A DNA stretch of 62,837 bases from positions 1 through 62,837 of the forward strand of contig NIVC01004048.1 of the NCBI GenBank assembly GCA_002269645.1. Direction: 5' to 3'. The position numbers were made by a program, and so were the translations under genes. Source of the stretch: Macrostomum lignano (lineage: Eukaryota). The notes under the pieces are model-generated. The model saw nothing but the letters and a program-made list of their open reading frames with translations, was not told where the DNA came from and made no database searches. Positions 47,853-59,200 of the stretch are shown piece after piece. Within the stretch, counting starts at the first letter, position 1; the number at the start of each line of letters is the position of its first letter.

Positions 47853-49523
47853 TTACAGTTCCGCGGTCAGTAGGGCGCCATCTCCTTGCATCTCGTCCGT
47901 TTCCCCATCCATCACGATCCTGACTCTGTCTGAAGCAGCGGCCGCTTGAGTTCCATTGCTGGTCTCCTTGAATTCGAAGACTCTGGAGTCGGTGTCTCCG
48001 AGTCTCGCCGTGTATCCGATCAGCCGGATCTGCTCCAGCTCGCCTCGCTCTATTTCCGCTCTTGCAGCCACTTGTCCCGTTGCTAATGCGCCAGTTGCAC
48101 TCTTACCGCTGCCCAGTTGGGGCGAAGCGGCCGGACATCCGGTTATGACCGCCCTGCCGGTCAGCTTTAAACGCGCCGCCGCGGCCATCCGCCGACGCGA
48201 ATGACAGCAATATGCGGCTATCAGGGCTCCGCCTAGAAAAGCGCCTGCGGTTAGCAGCGTGGTGCCGATGACGCCCTGCCGATCCATGCCCGGACCGTTG
48301 ACCTCGACAGTTTTACCTGTCTTTTTTGTCAAAATATTTTCGGTGTTGTCTCGTTGATTCGGCTGGATATGAGCTGTTGCATTCTTGCTGTTTGTAGGTG
48401 TAGTTGAAGCAATAGTCGATGGACTTGGCGATATTTGTTTTTGAGATTGACAGACATCAGCACAAACATTGTCCTGACTGTCATTGACTTGACCACACCG
48501 TTGTTCAGCCCGAGCAGTGTATTTAATGACAGCATCGCCAACATCTGCGCAGAACTCATCAGCGTAATCCATTGCTAGTTGATCAGCCACGAGATTGGCA
48601 ATTGAAATGCCGTTCAGTTGCAAGTGGCCGCTGGGCCATACGGCGCACAGTGCCACTTGCTGCTTTAAGACAAGTCGCTGCACTACTGCCTCGACTGCCT
48701 CGCCAGGCGATGGCTGAACGCGCAGGCTAGTGATGTTAGCGAGACTGATCAATGGTTGCCATAGAAATGCTAGACTGGAATCAATATCAAGGTAGCGCAA
48801 TGAGGCGCCCACGCTGCAAAATATGACATCGGCATTGCCTCGTAGCGTTGCTGGCGTTTCGGTTGGTAGTTCTAGCCGCACCAGTGCCGGCAGTTCGGAC
48901 GCTCCACCAAGAGACTTGAGACGCGGGCTGCCACTAATTCTTAGCTCGGTTAGTCCGACCAGCTCATCCAACGCGCCCGTTTGAATGCAGACAAGGTCAA
49001 AGTTGTCAGTCAGGCGTAGGCTGACAAGCTGGTTTGCTAAGCCCGAATCCGAAGACTCCATCCACGAAGGAGTGCTAAAGAGGCCGCGCTGCAGGCAGGT
49101 GGCATTGCTCTCTGCCAGCTCCAGCCTGTTCAGCTGGCGCAGCCGGTGCAACGCCGTCAAGTCCAGACTGTCTCGCTGGCGCAGGCGGCGCAATGACAGC
49201 GCGTCGACTTTGTCTGAGCTTTCGACTTGAAAGGCGTCAGGCTGCAGATGGTTGATGGCCTCCTCCTTTGTCAGCGGCGGGCTGAGTGTCCACACCGGCC
49301 GGCCGTGCCAGGCGGTGGCGCCACTCACCGGGATGAAGATTTTGCGCTGAACAGTGTACCCAGCGGCTGCGTAGGCTTCTACGGCGCTTGATGTTCGACA
49401 GTCCAGGATGCTTGCGTTCTCTCGTCCGCGTTGGTAGAAGCCGCAGCCAAACGCGTCTGCGAATGGCTGAGCAATCGCTAACACGAGCAGCTGCGAAGCA
49501 ATGATAATGCCTAATTTCGGCAT
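47853..49523 (-). CDS. Type I transmembrane leucine-rich-repeat protein, single coding exon
   Basis: Uninterrupted 570-aa ORF. Signal peptide from Met at 49523 (MPKLGIIIASQLLVLAIAQP; upstream ATG at 49565). LRR motifs (LRQLNRLELAES, LVSLRLTDNFDL.CI..GALDELVGLTELRISGS), S/T-rich stalk, TM segment VIGTTLLTAGAFLGGALIAAYCC. Acceptor TTTCAG at 49607 implies an upstream 5' UTR exon. Confidence 0.85.
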   Translation of the reverse strand: MPKLGIIIASQLLVLAIAQPFADAFGCGFYQRGRENASILDCRTSSAVEAYAAAGYTVQRKIFIPVSGATAWHGRPVWTLSPPLTKEEAINHLQPDAFQVESSDKVDALSLRRLRQRDSLDLTALHRLRQLNRLELAESNATCLQRGLFSTPSWMESSDSGLANQLVSLRLTDNFDLVCIQTGALDELVGLTELRISGSPRLKSLGGASELPALVRLELPTETPATLRGNADVIFCSVGASLRYLDIDSSLAFLWQPLISLANITSLRVQPSPGEAVEAVVQRLVLKQQVALCAVWPSGHLQLNGISIANLVADQLAMDYADEFCADVGDAVIKYTARAEQRCGQVNDSQDNVCADVCQSQKQISPSPSTIASTTPTNSKNATAHIQPNQRDNTENILTKKTGKTVEVNGPGMDRQGVIGTTLLTAGAFLGGALIAAYCCHSRRRMAAAARLKLTGRAVITGCPAASPQLGSGKSATGALATGQVAARAEIERGELEQIRLIGYTARLGDTDSRVFEFKETSNGTQAAAASDRVRIVMDGETDEMQGDGALLTAEL

Positions 49524-50822
49524 TGTTGAATCCTTTCGTACTCGTTGATGCAGTTGCTTTGTCAACAGTTGCTTAGCAATTACTTTTCATTGTCGGTATT
49601 TCTCTCCTGAAATGGGAAAAAGCACATGGCTGTTTTAATTTGTTTTGGCTGTAACGGTGCAACACCAGTCATGCATACAGTGAATCTTTAGCATAGAAGC
49701 TTTCCTAGTCGTAACTATCCTGGTCTCAGGAATAAAATCAACTTTTGTTATGTCACATTGGTTCGTGTGCACTATTAAATTCCTTTGGCTACGGCCTCGC
49801 CTTTTATTTCTTATACTTTCTCTGCAGAATTTTGTCTCGAGGAACTAAGTACAGACTCAAGTTTGCACAGCTGTAACCCTAGTTTTGTGTTCAAGTGCCA
49901 ATCAATTTTGTGAATTTGTCGAGTAATTCTAGTTTAGTTTGGCCTTATATAACTATCGAGGCGTGTCTTGCTTACCGGCTTAGTTATTGTCAGAAGGCTT
50001 CGTTTATAATCCAAGGTAGAAAAGAATGAGGGCTGGAACTCTACCTTCAACTGAATAGAAGACTTTACAGTGGCTTCAGAATTCTGCCACTTAAATATGC
50101 GGCCATTGTTGAGTCTGTATGTCTGCACTCTGATTGGGCCGACACTTTGCCGAGCCAATAGCCAAGTCGCATTTAACCTCCAAAGATTTCTCCGCTGGCA
50201 AGTTTTTTACCCTATGAAGAGGCTGGAAGATTTTGGTCAGCAAGCATCATAATTTGCGTGCTTGTCAGTCAGATTTTCATTATCCATTTTGCAGCTTGCT
50301 GTCTGCTAAGTTCCCGTCAATCAATGTGCCAGCTGGGGGGGGGCATGCAACAGAAAATTGCAATTTTCCTGGCTCCAGTTTGCAACCACTATGGGAATTC
50401 TTTCGCTTTCATTATTGCTTGTAGCACCGATGTACTTTTAGTCTAAGATTTTGCCATCTCGGATCGCAGCCGATGCGATGCACTCTAATCTGATTCATTA
50501 GCCGCCTTAATCAGCGTTTTTGGCTGTGAGACCCGGCCAAAGTTGCTCCTCTGGGTTTTTTTGCCCCCCCTTCTACTGCAGCTGAAAGATCCGGACCCTT
50601 TGAGTCCGCGATTTGGCTTGCTTTGAGGATCGGCTCAGCGGGACTTTGCTTTGCATCTCCGCTTGATTTATCTTGTTCTGCGCCATGCATTTTTATTTTT
50701 ATTTATCACTATCCACCATCTCTGTGCTGTGCGCTCTCCATCATGCTCAGCTGCACTCTTGCGCTCCTGAAGACTTTCAACTACGAGATCTTACGGCTTG
50801 CCTTCCCTTCTCTTGCTGCATT

Positions 50823-50883
50823 GGAGCTTAAAAGTAGCTTCTGCCTGTCTGTCTGTCTGTCTGTCTGTCTGCCTGTCTGTCTC

Positions 50884-50954
<71 letters not shown>

Positions 50955-51065
50955 GCCTGTCTGTCTGTCTGCCTGTCTGCCTGTCTTCCTGTCTGTCTAT
51001 CTGTCTGTATGTATGTATGTCTGTCTGCCTGTCTATCTGTCTGTCTGTCTGTCTGTCTGTATGTA

Positions 51066-51106
<41 letters not shown>

Positions 51107-51137
51107 GTCTGTCTGTCTGTCTGCCTGTCTGTCTGCC
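50823..51137. repeat. (CTGT)n microsatellite
   Basis: Directly visible. Confidence 0.97.
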
Positions 51138-53372
51138 TACCATCTTTTCCATTCCCCGCTTTCAGGATGTAGCTACAAATTTCCCGCTTTAGCGATGAAA
51201 ACTGAAATGATTCAAGCGTATAGAGAATTTATTCCGTCAATTTGTGTTTCGTGGAGACAGATCGCGCTGCTGGCTAAATAAGTTTATTGCGTTTTTTTAC
51301 AAATAATCGCGCAAAATTTATTTCCAGTTTTCCATGCACCCGCAACCGGGGAAGGGCATTAATCTCCCTATCATTTATTTCAAGCGCTCCGCAAGTCAAG
51401 CCCCGTTCGACCTCGCAGCCGGCAACTCATCGGTTCCTGCGCCAATTCTGTTCGCGCCTGCTTGCGCGTTGCTTATTTTGATGCAGCACTTTTGCCGCCA
51501 TGTCCGTGGAGTGCCGGATAAAGAGTCTGTCTGGAGTGAAATACAATGTAGCTAGGTGATGCTTCTGATTAATGAATATTAATGGATTTCTCTTTCACTC
51601 GGTTTCGAATTTGGCGGCACGGAAGCGATGTTCAAACCGATGGTTTCCTATCCAGATGCTCTATTTAGAAGTCCATGCCTGTGCCGTATCAAAGTTCTGC
51701 AGCCTCGCAGTTCGCCCTCCTCTCTCCACTCCTGCCAAACTCTCTCGACTGCGCCTATTCGCTCAATTAATTATTGTGCCGGGAACCCGCCTGACGGGCA
51801 CTAAAATGTATTTTTATTTCTGGGAAAATGTTTGCGAGTTTTTAATTGCTGTGTTCTCTCTCTGTTTCTCTCGCTCTCTCTGACAGACCCGCCCTGTTGC
51901 TCGCCGCTAAATGCAGCGCAATTCACTCAATGCCCGCAACGCATGCGCAGTCGCACGCTTTCTCTCGGCCAATCTCAGAGTACACCATGTCACTCTTAGT
52001 TGTTGAGAATTTATTTGTTTGCTGTTCAGCCTGCTCAAGACATACAGGTCAGAACCGGTGGGGTTGATGGGACAGAGTTGCCAATTTGTGCTCATTGCTA
52101 ATTAGCCAAGGAATTACTAGGAATTCCCGGGTTCGATTCCTTACAAATTGGTTAGAATACACGCACACAGAATATGCCTCATGATGAAGTTTTACTTGTG
52201 CTTAGAAAGAAGCTGACTGCTGTATCGGCTCTACCGATATGTGTCGCGTATAATTTAATAAATAAACTCTCTATTTATTTGCAGATTGTAAAATTCAATT
52301 CAACAGTCTGTGAATAGCTCTTTTATATATCCTAAATATCTGGGATGTAATTTATTAATCTGGGGTGGGGGGACTCGCCAGGAATGCAAGAATTCGTTCC
52401 ATGGCCGGTTAATTCCGGTTTCGCTACATCGCCAAGCCCTCTGGCTGCGGGTCAGATGAACAGGCGAATATCATTTTTTTCTTAGCGGCTGCTTCGCTTA
52501 ATTTTTCGGGTGTCAGTCTGCGGCTGAACGATGTGCCGATGTGCAGCTGATGTAGCTTGGAAGCTGCTGGACACAAGTGGAAAGGATTGTAAAGTGTTAA
52601 AAAAGGTAAATGAGGGAAGTGTTGTTATCCCCGGCCTGGTGGTGCTGCCCGGGCGCTGTGCTGGCATTCCACTCCCCTTCCCAGTTTCAAACAGCTGGCA
52701 CTCAATCTTCTGCCTAATCTTCAGGCTTCATCCTGAAGCTGAGTGGCCCGACCTCTCCATTCAGCCCAGGTACCATTCAGTCTGGGGGTTGGGCAATCGA
52801 TATGCACAGGTGTACGGGAGCAGACAGAGTGAATTGCAGTTTGTCTGGCATGCATTGTCCTGCTCTTACACTCCCATCCACTCAATTAGTCTATTGTGCT
52901 CATCTACGGCAGTACTGCTGCATATTTGCGCCTCAATTTGCCTTCTCAGTGCTGTCCTCAGTTGCCCTCGCGTATTTTGCTGCTCTATTTGAGGTTGTCT
53001 GTCCATTGTTCAGCTTTAACTGTAAATTTTTGATACGCTGCACTTGCTACTTGAAGTACTCGTAGTTCAAGTAAACTCTTTCTACAATTCAATGTTTTTA
53101 ATGCAGCGTCGAGAACGCCGCAATTTCCTGGACCGTTCACCGCGCAGGACGAGCTGCAGCGGTCAGCTGACTGCCAGCTGAACACCTCCGTCAGTGGAGC
53201 CGCAGTTCACGCCTCGTACACCTTCGCCGAGTTTGCTAGCTCAACTGCCGACTCGTCGGTAGCTGCGACCTCCACGACTACCGAACCGACGGAGAACAGC
53301 TTGGAAAGTTCTGTTAGGTCCGATACGGAATTGATGACCAAGAGTGAGTTCGAGTTTAGCGAATAGTTCAGT

Positions 53373-53592
53373 CTTCCGATATGTGTCGAAACTAGCTTCT
53401 CCCTCTACCCGATATGTATCGAAACTAGCTATTCCTTCCATCCGATATGTATCGAAACTAGCTGTTCCTTCTATCCGATATTTATCGAAACTAGCTGTTC
53501 CTTCTATCCGATATGTATCGAAACTAGCTGTTCTTTCTACCCGATATGTATCAAAACTAGCTGTTCTTTCTACCCGATATGTATCGAAACTA
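53373..53592. repeat. 33-bp minisatellite (CCGATATGTATCGAAACTAGCTGTTCCTTCTAT-like), ~7 copies
   Basis: Directly visible. Confidence 0.9.
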
Positions 53593-56263
53593 GCTTTACC
53601 TCTTACAAGTTCGTGAACCAAAGGCGCTGTACTGTCATTTAACTTATTATTATACAGACGATTCATCGCGAAAGACGCCGCTGGCTCGAATCCGCGCCTC
53701 ATTTCGAAGTTTCATGGGCGGCGCTGGAGGCGGCGGCAGACCGACGGCGGCATCCTCAGCGCCCCCCAAGCTGGCCCGCGATCAGTGGCACCGCCGGGCT
53801 TGTCGCAGGCGCCGGGTCAGAAACCGAAATGATGGGGACGGACTCTGCTGCGACTTGTATAACAATGAGCAATAAGTACTTGAAATGCTGTTTCCTAAAT
53901 AGCCATAGCTCTGTCTAATCTGAATATTGCATTTTTATTTCCTTTATTAATATTTACAATATCTTCTTTTCGTCTACAGGTGAACTGCTTTTTTGATTGA
54001 AAAATTGCAGTTGAATCCAGTTTTACGATTCCATTGTTTTTGTTTTTCGATTTTTACAAACCATTTTTCTCACAGAGAGCATATTGAAAATAATATAAAA
54101 CTGCATTGTGGACGGTGTAGAACTTAAATAGAATAACAATCAATATTCGATTCTGTAGCCTCGAATCCCACATGTTTGTGCTTGTGATTTTCTTATTTTA
54201 AAGTGACGCAGTGACAGTTTTAAAGGACACTTCAAATCGAAAACTGCCATCAGGAAAAGCTCATACATGTATTTATTTATGTATTTATAAAGCGCTTAGG
54301 TGTTGTAAAGTCAAGTTTTTTTAAATGACTAAATGCGCTTACATGTAACGAATAATTAATGTACTGCTTACAATAGTCTATATCTAATTAATACTATAAA
54401 AAGTGGTGCATGCCTAATGTTCGTACACCGTACACGTGCTTGCACTGTATGAGCGCCAACGGTTAGAGGTTAAATCAAGATTGCCAAAAAAAGTCTGCCT
54501 AGCATTGCGATGAGTTTACATGTACACCTCAACCTTATGTCACAAACACAAATGACCGCGAAAGTAAACGCGATGAATATATGGACCAGGAAAAACTATA
54601 TTACTGTTGCCAACAGAATCGGCCGTTGCGAGGATTCCGAACTTCGTTGAATATTTGTCTTCCGGAATTTTTAAGGTTAGCTTCGGCTTCAGTTCTTTTT
54701 TTATAAAACTCTCTAGCACATGTATCTACACGCTAAATTTTTTAAATTATTGCAGAAAAATTAAAATTGTAATGATTTGATTAATTGTTAGTATTGATTA
54801 GTTGCATTAAAATATTGCTTAAATCCAGATACAGATCCGGTAAAATCATAACTATGTATTATAGCAAAAAGTAGTAATAAATTGTCGCCCTTGTTATTTA
54901 AAAACTCTACAAGCTATTTTGTGATTGCAAAAGGTAATTTTATTCTGTTTTTTATATTTAATTATCACAACTATATTTTATGTTTTTGTATTGATCCTAT
55001 AATTTATTCTACAGAAATAAGTACAATTTTAAGGGCATTCTAGAATAGAACTCTCCAAGGTTACTTTGGCTTTGTATCAAATTACATGGGTGTGGCAAAT
55101 CGCTTCTTACTAAATTCTTTCTACTCGGTAAAATATCTTGTTTTCACATTTCCAGTGCTTTTAAATATCATTGTTCTAGTAACATTAATTTTAGATTTTT
55201 AAATTTTTTTTACTACTTTGCTTTTAGGGTCAAATTGTAGCGATCTGTATTGTTTTCTCAAATGTAATTACAATAGTTTATAAACTTACTTGCTAAACAT
55301 TGAAGAAAAAAGCAAACTCGCGATTAACCTTAAAATGAAAAAGCAGCATCTGTAGAAGCAATTTTTAAATAGGAAATGCATTTTGACTTTTTTAATTGTT
55401 GTTTCTGTGTTCGAATGGATTATTTCGTGTTAAACCTACAGAAATAAGATGCGTTTTTACCTTTATTAACAATAGATGTTAGAAATCACTGAACTAAAAT
55501 AAATTGTTAAATTTAATGTTGAATAGACTTATCAATATATCTACAGCTTATAATATTTCATACATAATATTTTATAATATGTAGAATTCAGTTAAATCCT
55601 CTATTTTATTGATATCATTGATTTAATTTTTTGGGATGATGATACAGTATAGTTTATCTCATAATCTGTTATTATTAGAAAACTTCCAAATAAAGACAAC
55701 AAAGAATAAACGAGATGTCCTGTAAAGAAGGTTGATGCAGATAAAGAGCAAAGGCGGTGGTTCTGTGTTTGCTGAATGAAAAGAATCACTTAAAGAGTTG
55801 AAGTACATAGGTTACGTTTATTTATAGTACTGAACTGAGTATAACCGGAAATTTCTAGAAGTTTCGTTAGTTACAACAAAATTAAATATCTTAAATGCTA
55901 TTATGCAACACTACCGTACAAATGCATTAGTAAATATGACAACAATAAATTTTATACTTAATATTAAGCAGTAAAACTAACATTTAATTAAACTAAAGGA
56001 AATTTCTGGGACAAACTTTAACTTTGCACTAAAAAAGTAATTTCTCGAAAAATCTAATTCTAAAAATAAATCTAGCGTACATGTACTTTCTAAGATTGAT
56101 ACTTTACGCTACAGTCCAAGTCTTTGTAAGATAGTTTCTTTGGAAATTTGTGACCTAATTTAAAAATGAGCTGAAAAAATTCAACTGTCTTTTTCTATTT
56201 AATTTTTTACTAAATAAGCATCTTAATTTTTTTACAGACATCTAGAAGTGCACTTGACTGCCA

Positions 56264-59200
56264 ATGACTTCAGCATTTTATGATATCCAGCTTGAGCAGA
56301 TTAATTTTGAAATTCAAGAATGTGAAAATGAGTAAGTCAATGTTTTTGTTGCTCTTTTGGCTAATGTGAAAATGGCTGAACACTTGTAGTGACGCTTAAA
56401 AACCGGCAGGATAGAGGAGGTGCTGGCAGGGCTGCTGGAACATGCTCAGGCCGAGCTGCCGACAGCCCGTCCCTCGGACAGCCTCCTGGCGGTGATGGAG
56501 TCCATGACGCTGCAGAACTCCGTGGAGAGGACGGCCTGTCACGACACCAACGCGCAGCGGGTCGGCGAGCTGCTGGAACAGCTGATTGGCGGGCTGGACC
56601 GGGGCGAGCTGACGCCTCTGCAGGTGGGGGCTTCGCTTCTTTTTTGTTTATTTAACACCGCTCTGCACTTTGTGCAAGATTCTAAAAAGCAGCGTTTGGA
56701 AGTTTACTCAAGTTTGTTAACATTAAACGCATCTGATACTAACAAAGTACTGTGAATAGTGCACTTTAGGGCTGCTGACTTCGTAACCTTGCCCGTTCAT
56801 TGGCCAAAAAGTAGGGAATATTCATTCAAGATTTTGAGTTGGCCCGTCCGCGTGCTCTAGTTTTCAGCCGAAGCAGTGTTAAAGCACATAATAGATTCGA
56901 AGTTCGCTATAGAACCAACCCGCAAATGTAGACACATGCTCAGAGTTCTGTTTAACGATCAACCCTACCGGTACGCAAAGAAAAGATCCGCTTCACATTT
57001 TTGTCTCGCTACTCGTTAGTAGTCAGTAAATCTCTTGTTTGGCGATTCCCCCTGCTCCAATAGGCGGCTCACGGCCTCATCTTCCTCACCGCCGAGCGCG
57101 GCGTCCTGCTGCCTTTCTCCACCGCCGTGAAGTCCACCTCGGCGGACTCGGACTCGCGCTCGGTGTCCACCGTGTCGCTCAACAGCGTCGAGGACAGCCT
57201 TGAACGGAGCAACGACGCCCTGTGGAACAGCCTGGCTGGCAAGGTGACGCGGCACCTCATCACGGCGCTGAGCGCGGAGCCTCCGGCCGGCTCGAAGCTC
57301 GACGAATCTTTCAGCGAAGCCGCGGCCAGGCGGCTGCGGTTCCAGCAGGGCATCGAGGTGCTGCAGCTGTTCAACTCTGCGCAGCGGTCCTGGCAGGTAG
57401 GCCGGATTTCAACTGGGCCAATTGTATCAGTGGGTCAGCCAGCCGCATCCATTGCAGGGTGGTTCAGTTCAAGCACTTGAACTCGCGCCCTCCCGCAGGT
57501 GTTCAAGCAGATCCGCATGAGCCACCTGGAGCGGCTGATCGACCGGCTCTTCTACACGCAGCAGTCCGGCGGGCACAAGCGCCGCACCCTGTCCGAGGTG
57601 TCCGCGAATTTCCCCACCTTCGCCTCGGCGGCCGTGGCGATGATGCGCGAGGACTTCGACCTGATCCGGGCGGACTACTTCCCCACCATCGGCAACTCGC
57701 AGGACAGCGTCATCAACATCTACCTGGACTACGTGTGCCAGGAGCTCGCCGACTTTGCGCACACGCTGGAGCGGACGCTGACCGAGTCGTCGCTAAGCAA
57801 TCGGGTGGCGCTCGGGGCGGCGGCGGTGGCACAGTGCACTTCTTCTCCAACTTAGCTAACGATGCGCTGAGCTTGGAAACCCTGCTGCAGGTGTGTGCGG
57901 GTGAATGTGTGCAGAGGTGACCCTGCTGCAGGTGTGTGCGGGTGAATGTGTGCAGAGGTGACCCTGCTGCAGGTGTGTGCGGGTGAATGTGTGCAGAGGT
58001 GACCCTGCTGCAGGTGTGAATGTGCTCAAGGCTAATGAACCTTACCACGAGGCGAAACCTGGAACCTAATGCCAGGACTCCCTGATCCCTTGAGTACGCT
58101 ATTCCCCAACGCGCCATCCCAGATCACAGACCTGCTGGCCACCCTGGCGGGCCTCGAGCGCGACTTCGTGTCGGTGGCCAACGACTACTGGTCGGCCAGC
58201 ACGCACGGGCTGGACCAGCTGCAGCTGAGCAGCCTGTCCTCCATCGGGGCGGAGAAGCCGCGCGGGGTGCTCAAACGGCGCCAGTCGAATCCGGCGATGC
58301 TCGGCGGCGACCGGCGGATGAGCATCGCCTCTGAGCAGGTGAGACTGGCCTCAGCTCAGCAACAATTTAGTTGAGAGTGACCGCTAAGTCCTTTTATTCG
58401 TTCTACTTTAAGAGGCAAGGTGTACATTTGAAGGTTACATTTTTCCCGCTCTCCCAACCAACTTGCAGGGCATCCTTGTGGTCTCGCACGACGAGAGCAG
58501 CGTGGTGCTGGAGACGAGCAGCCAGCTGCAGCCTCTGCTGCAGTGGCAGGCCGAGCTCGAGCCCTACTTCCCCGTGCTGGCCCGCTCGCTGGAGCACCAG
58601 CTGCACCAGAGCTGGCAGCGGACCTACTCAGACCGGATCCGCTGCTCTGTGGACGAGTCGGTGCGGCAGGGCCGGTTGGATTTCCCGCAGCTGATCCACA
58701 AGTCGCTGCAGGACTACACCCAGCTGGTGCAGCGCCTCATGCGCCTCGCCGTGTTCTGCACCGACGGCGGCGGCTCCTCCGGCCTGCTGCTTAAGTCGCT
58801 GGTGGCCACCGTGCAGCTGCACTTCCACGCCATGGTCAGCGCGCACTCCGCCCTGCTAGACGGCAGCGGCGGAGGCGACGGCGGAGGCGGCGGCGGAGGC
58901 TCGCCGGCCCCGGCCGACGGCATCCCGGACGCCGAGTTCCCCATCCGCATCGGGGACGCCGCCTACGCCATGCACGTGTGCGGCCACCTGGCGCAGAGCC
59001 TGGCCGGCTGCCACGCCGAGTCCAGCAGCGCCATGTACGCCCTGCACAAGACCTTCTCGGCCCTGCTGCACCGGCTGACTGGGGAGGCCGAGCTGCGCTA
59101 CTCGCAGAACTTTCTCACCTGCCTGCTGTTCGACGCCGGCTCCAACTACTGGGAGGACGGGCAGGAGTTTCACGACGAGACCCGCGTGTCCTTCAGCGTG

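Noticed and set aside
52100-52145. Isolated B box GGTTCGATTCC
   Set aside because: No convincing A box or acceptor stem; probably chance or a decayed SINE.
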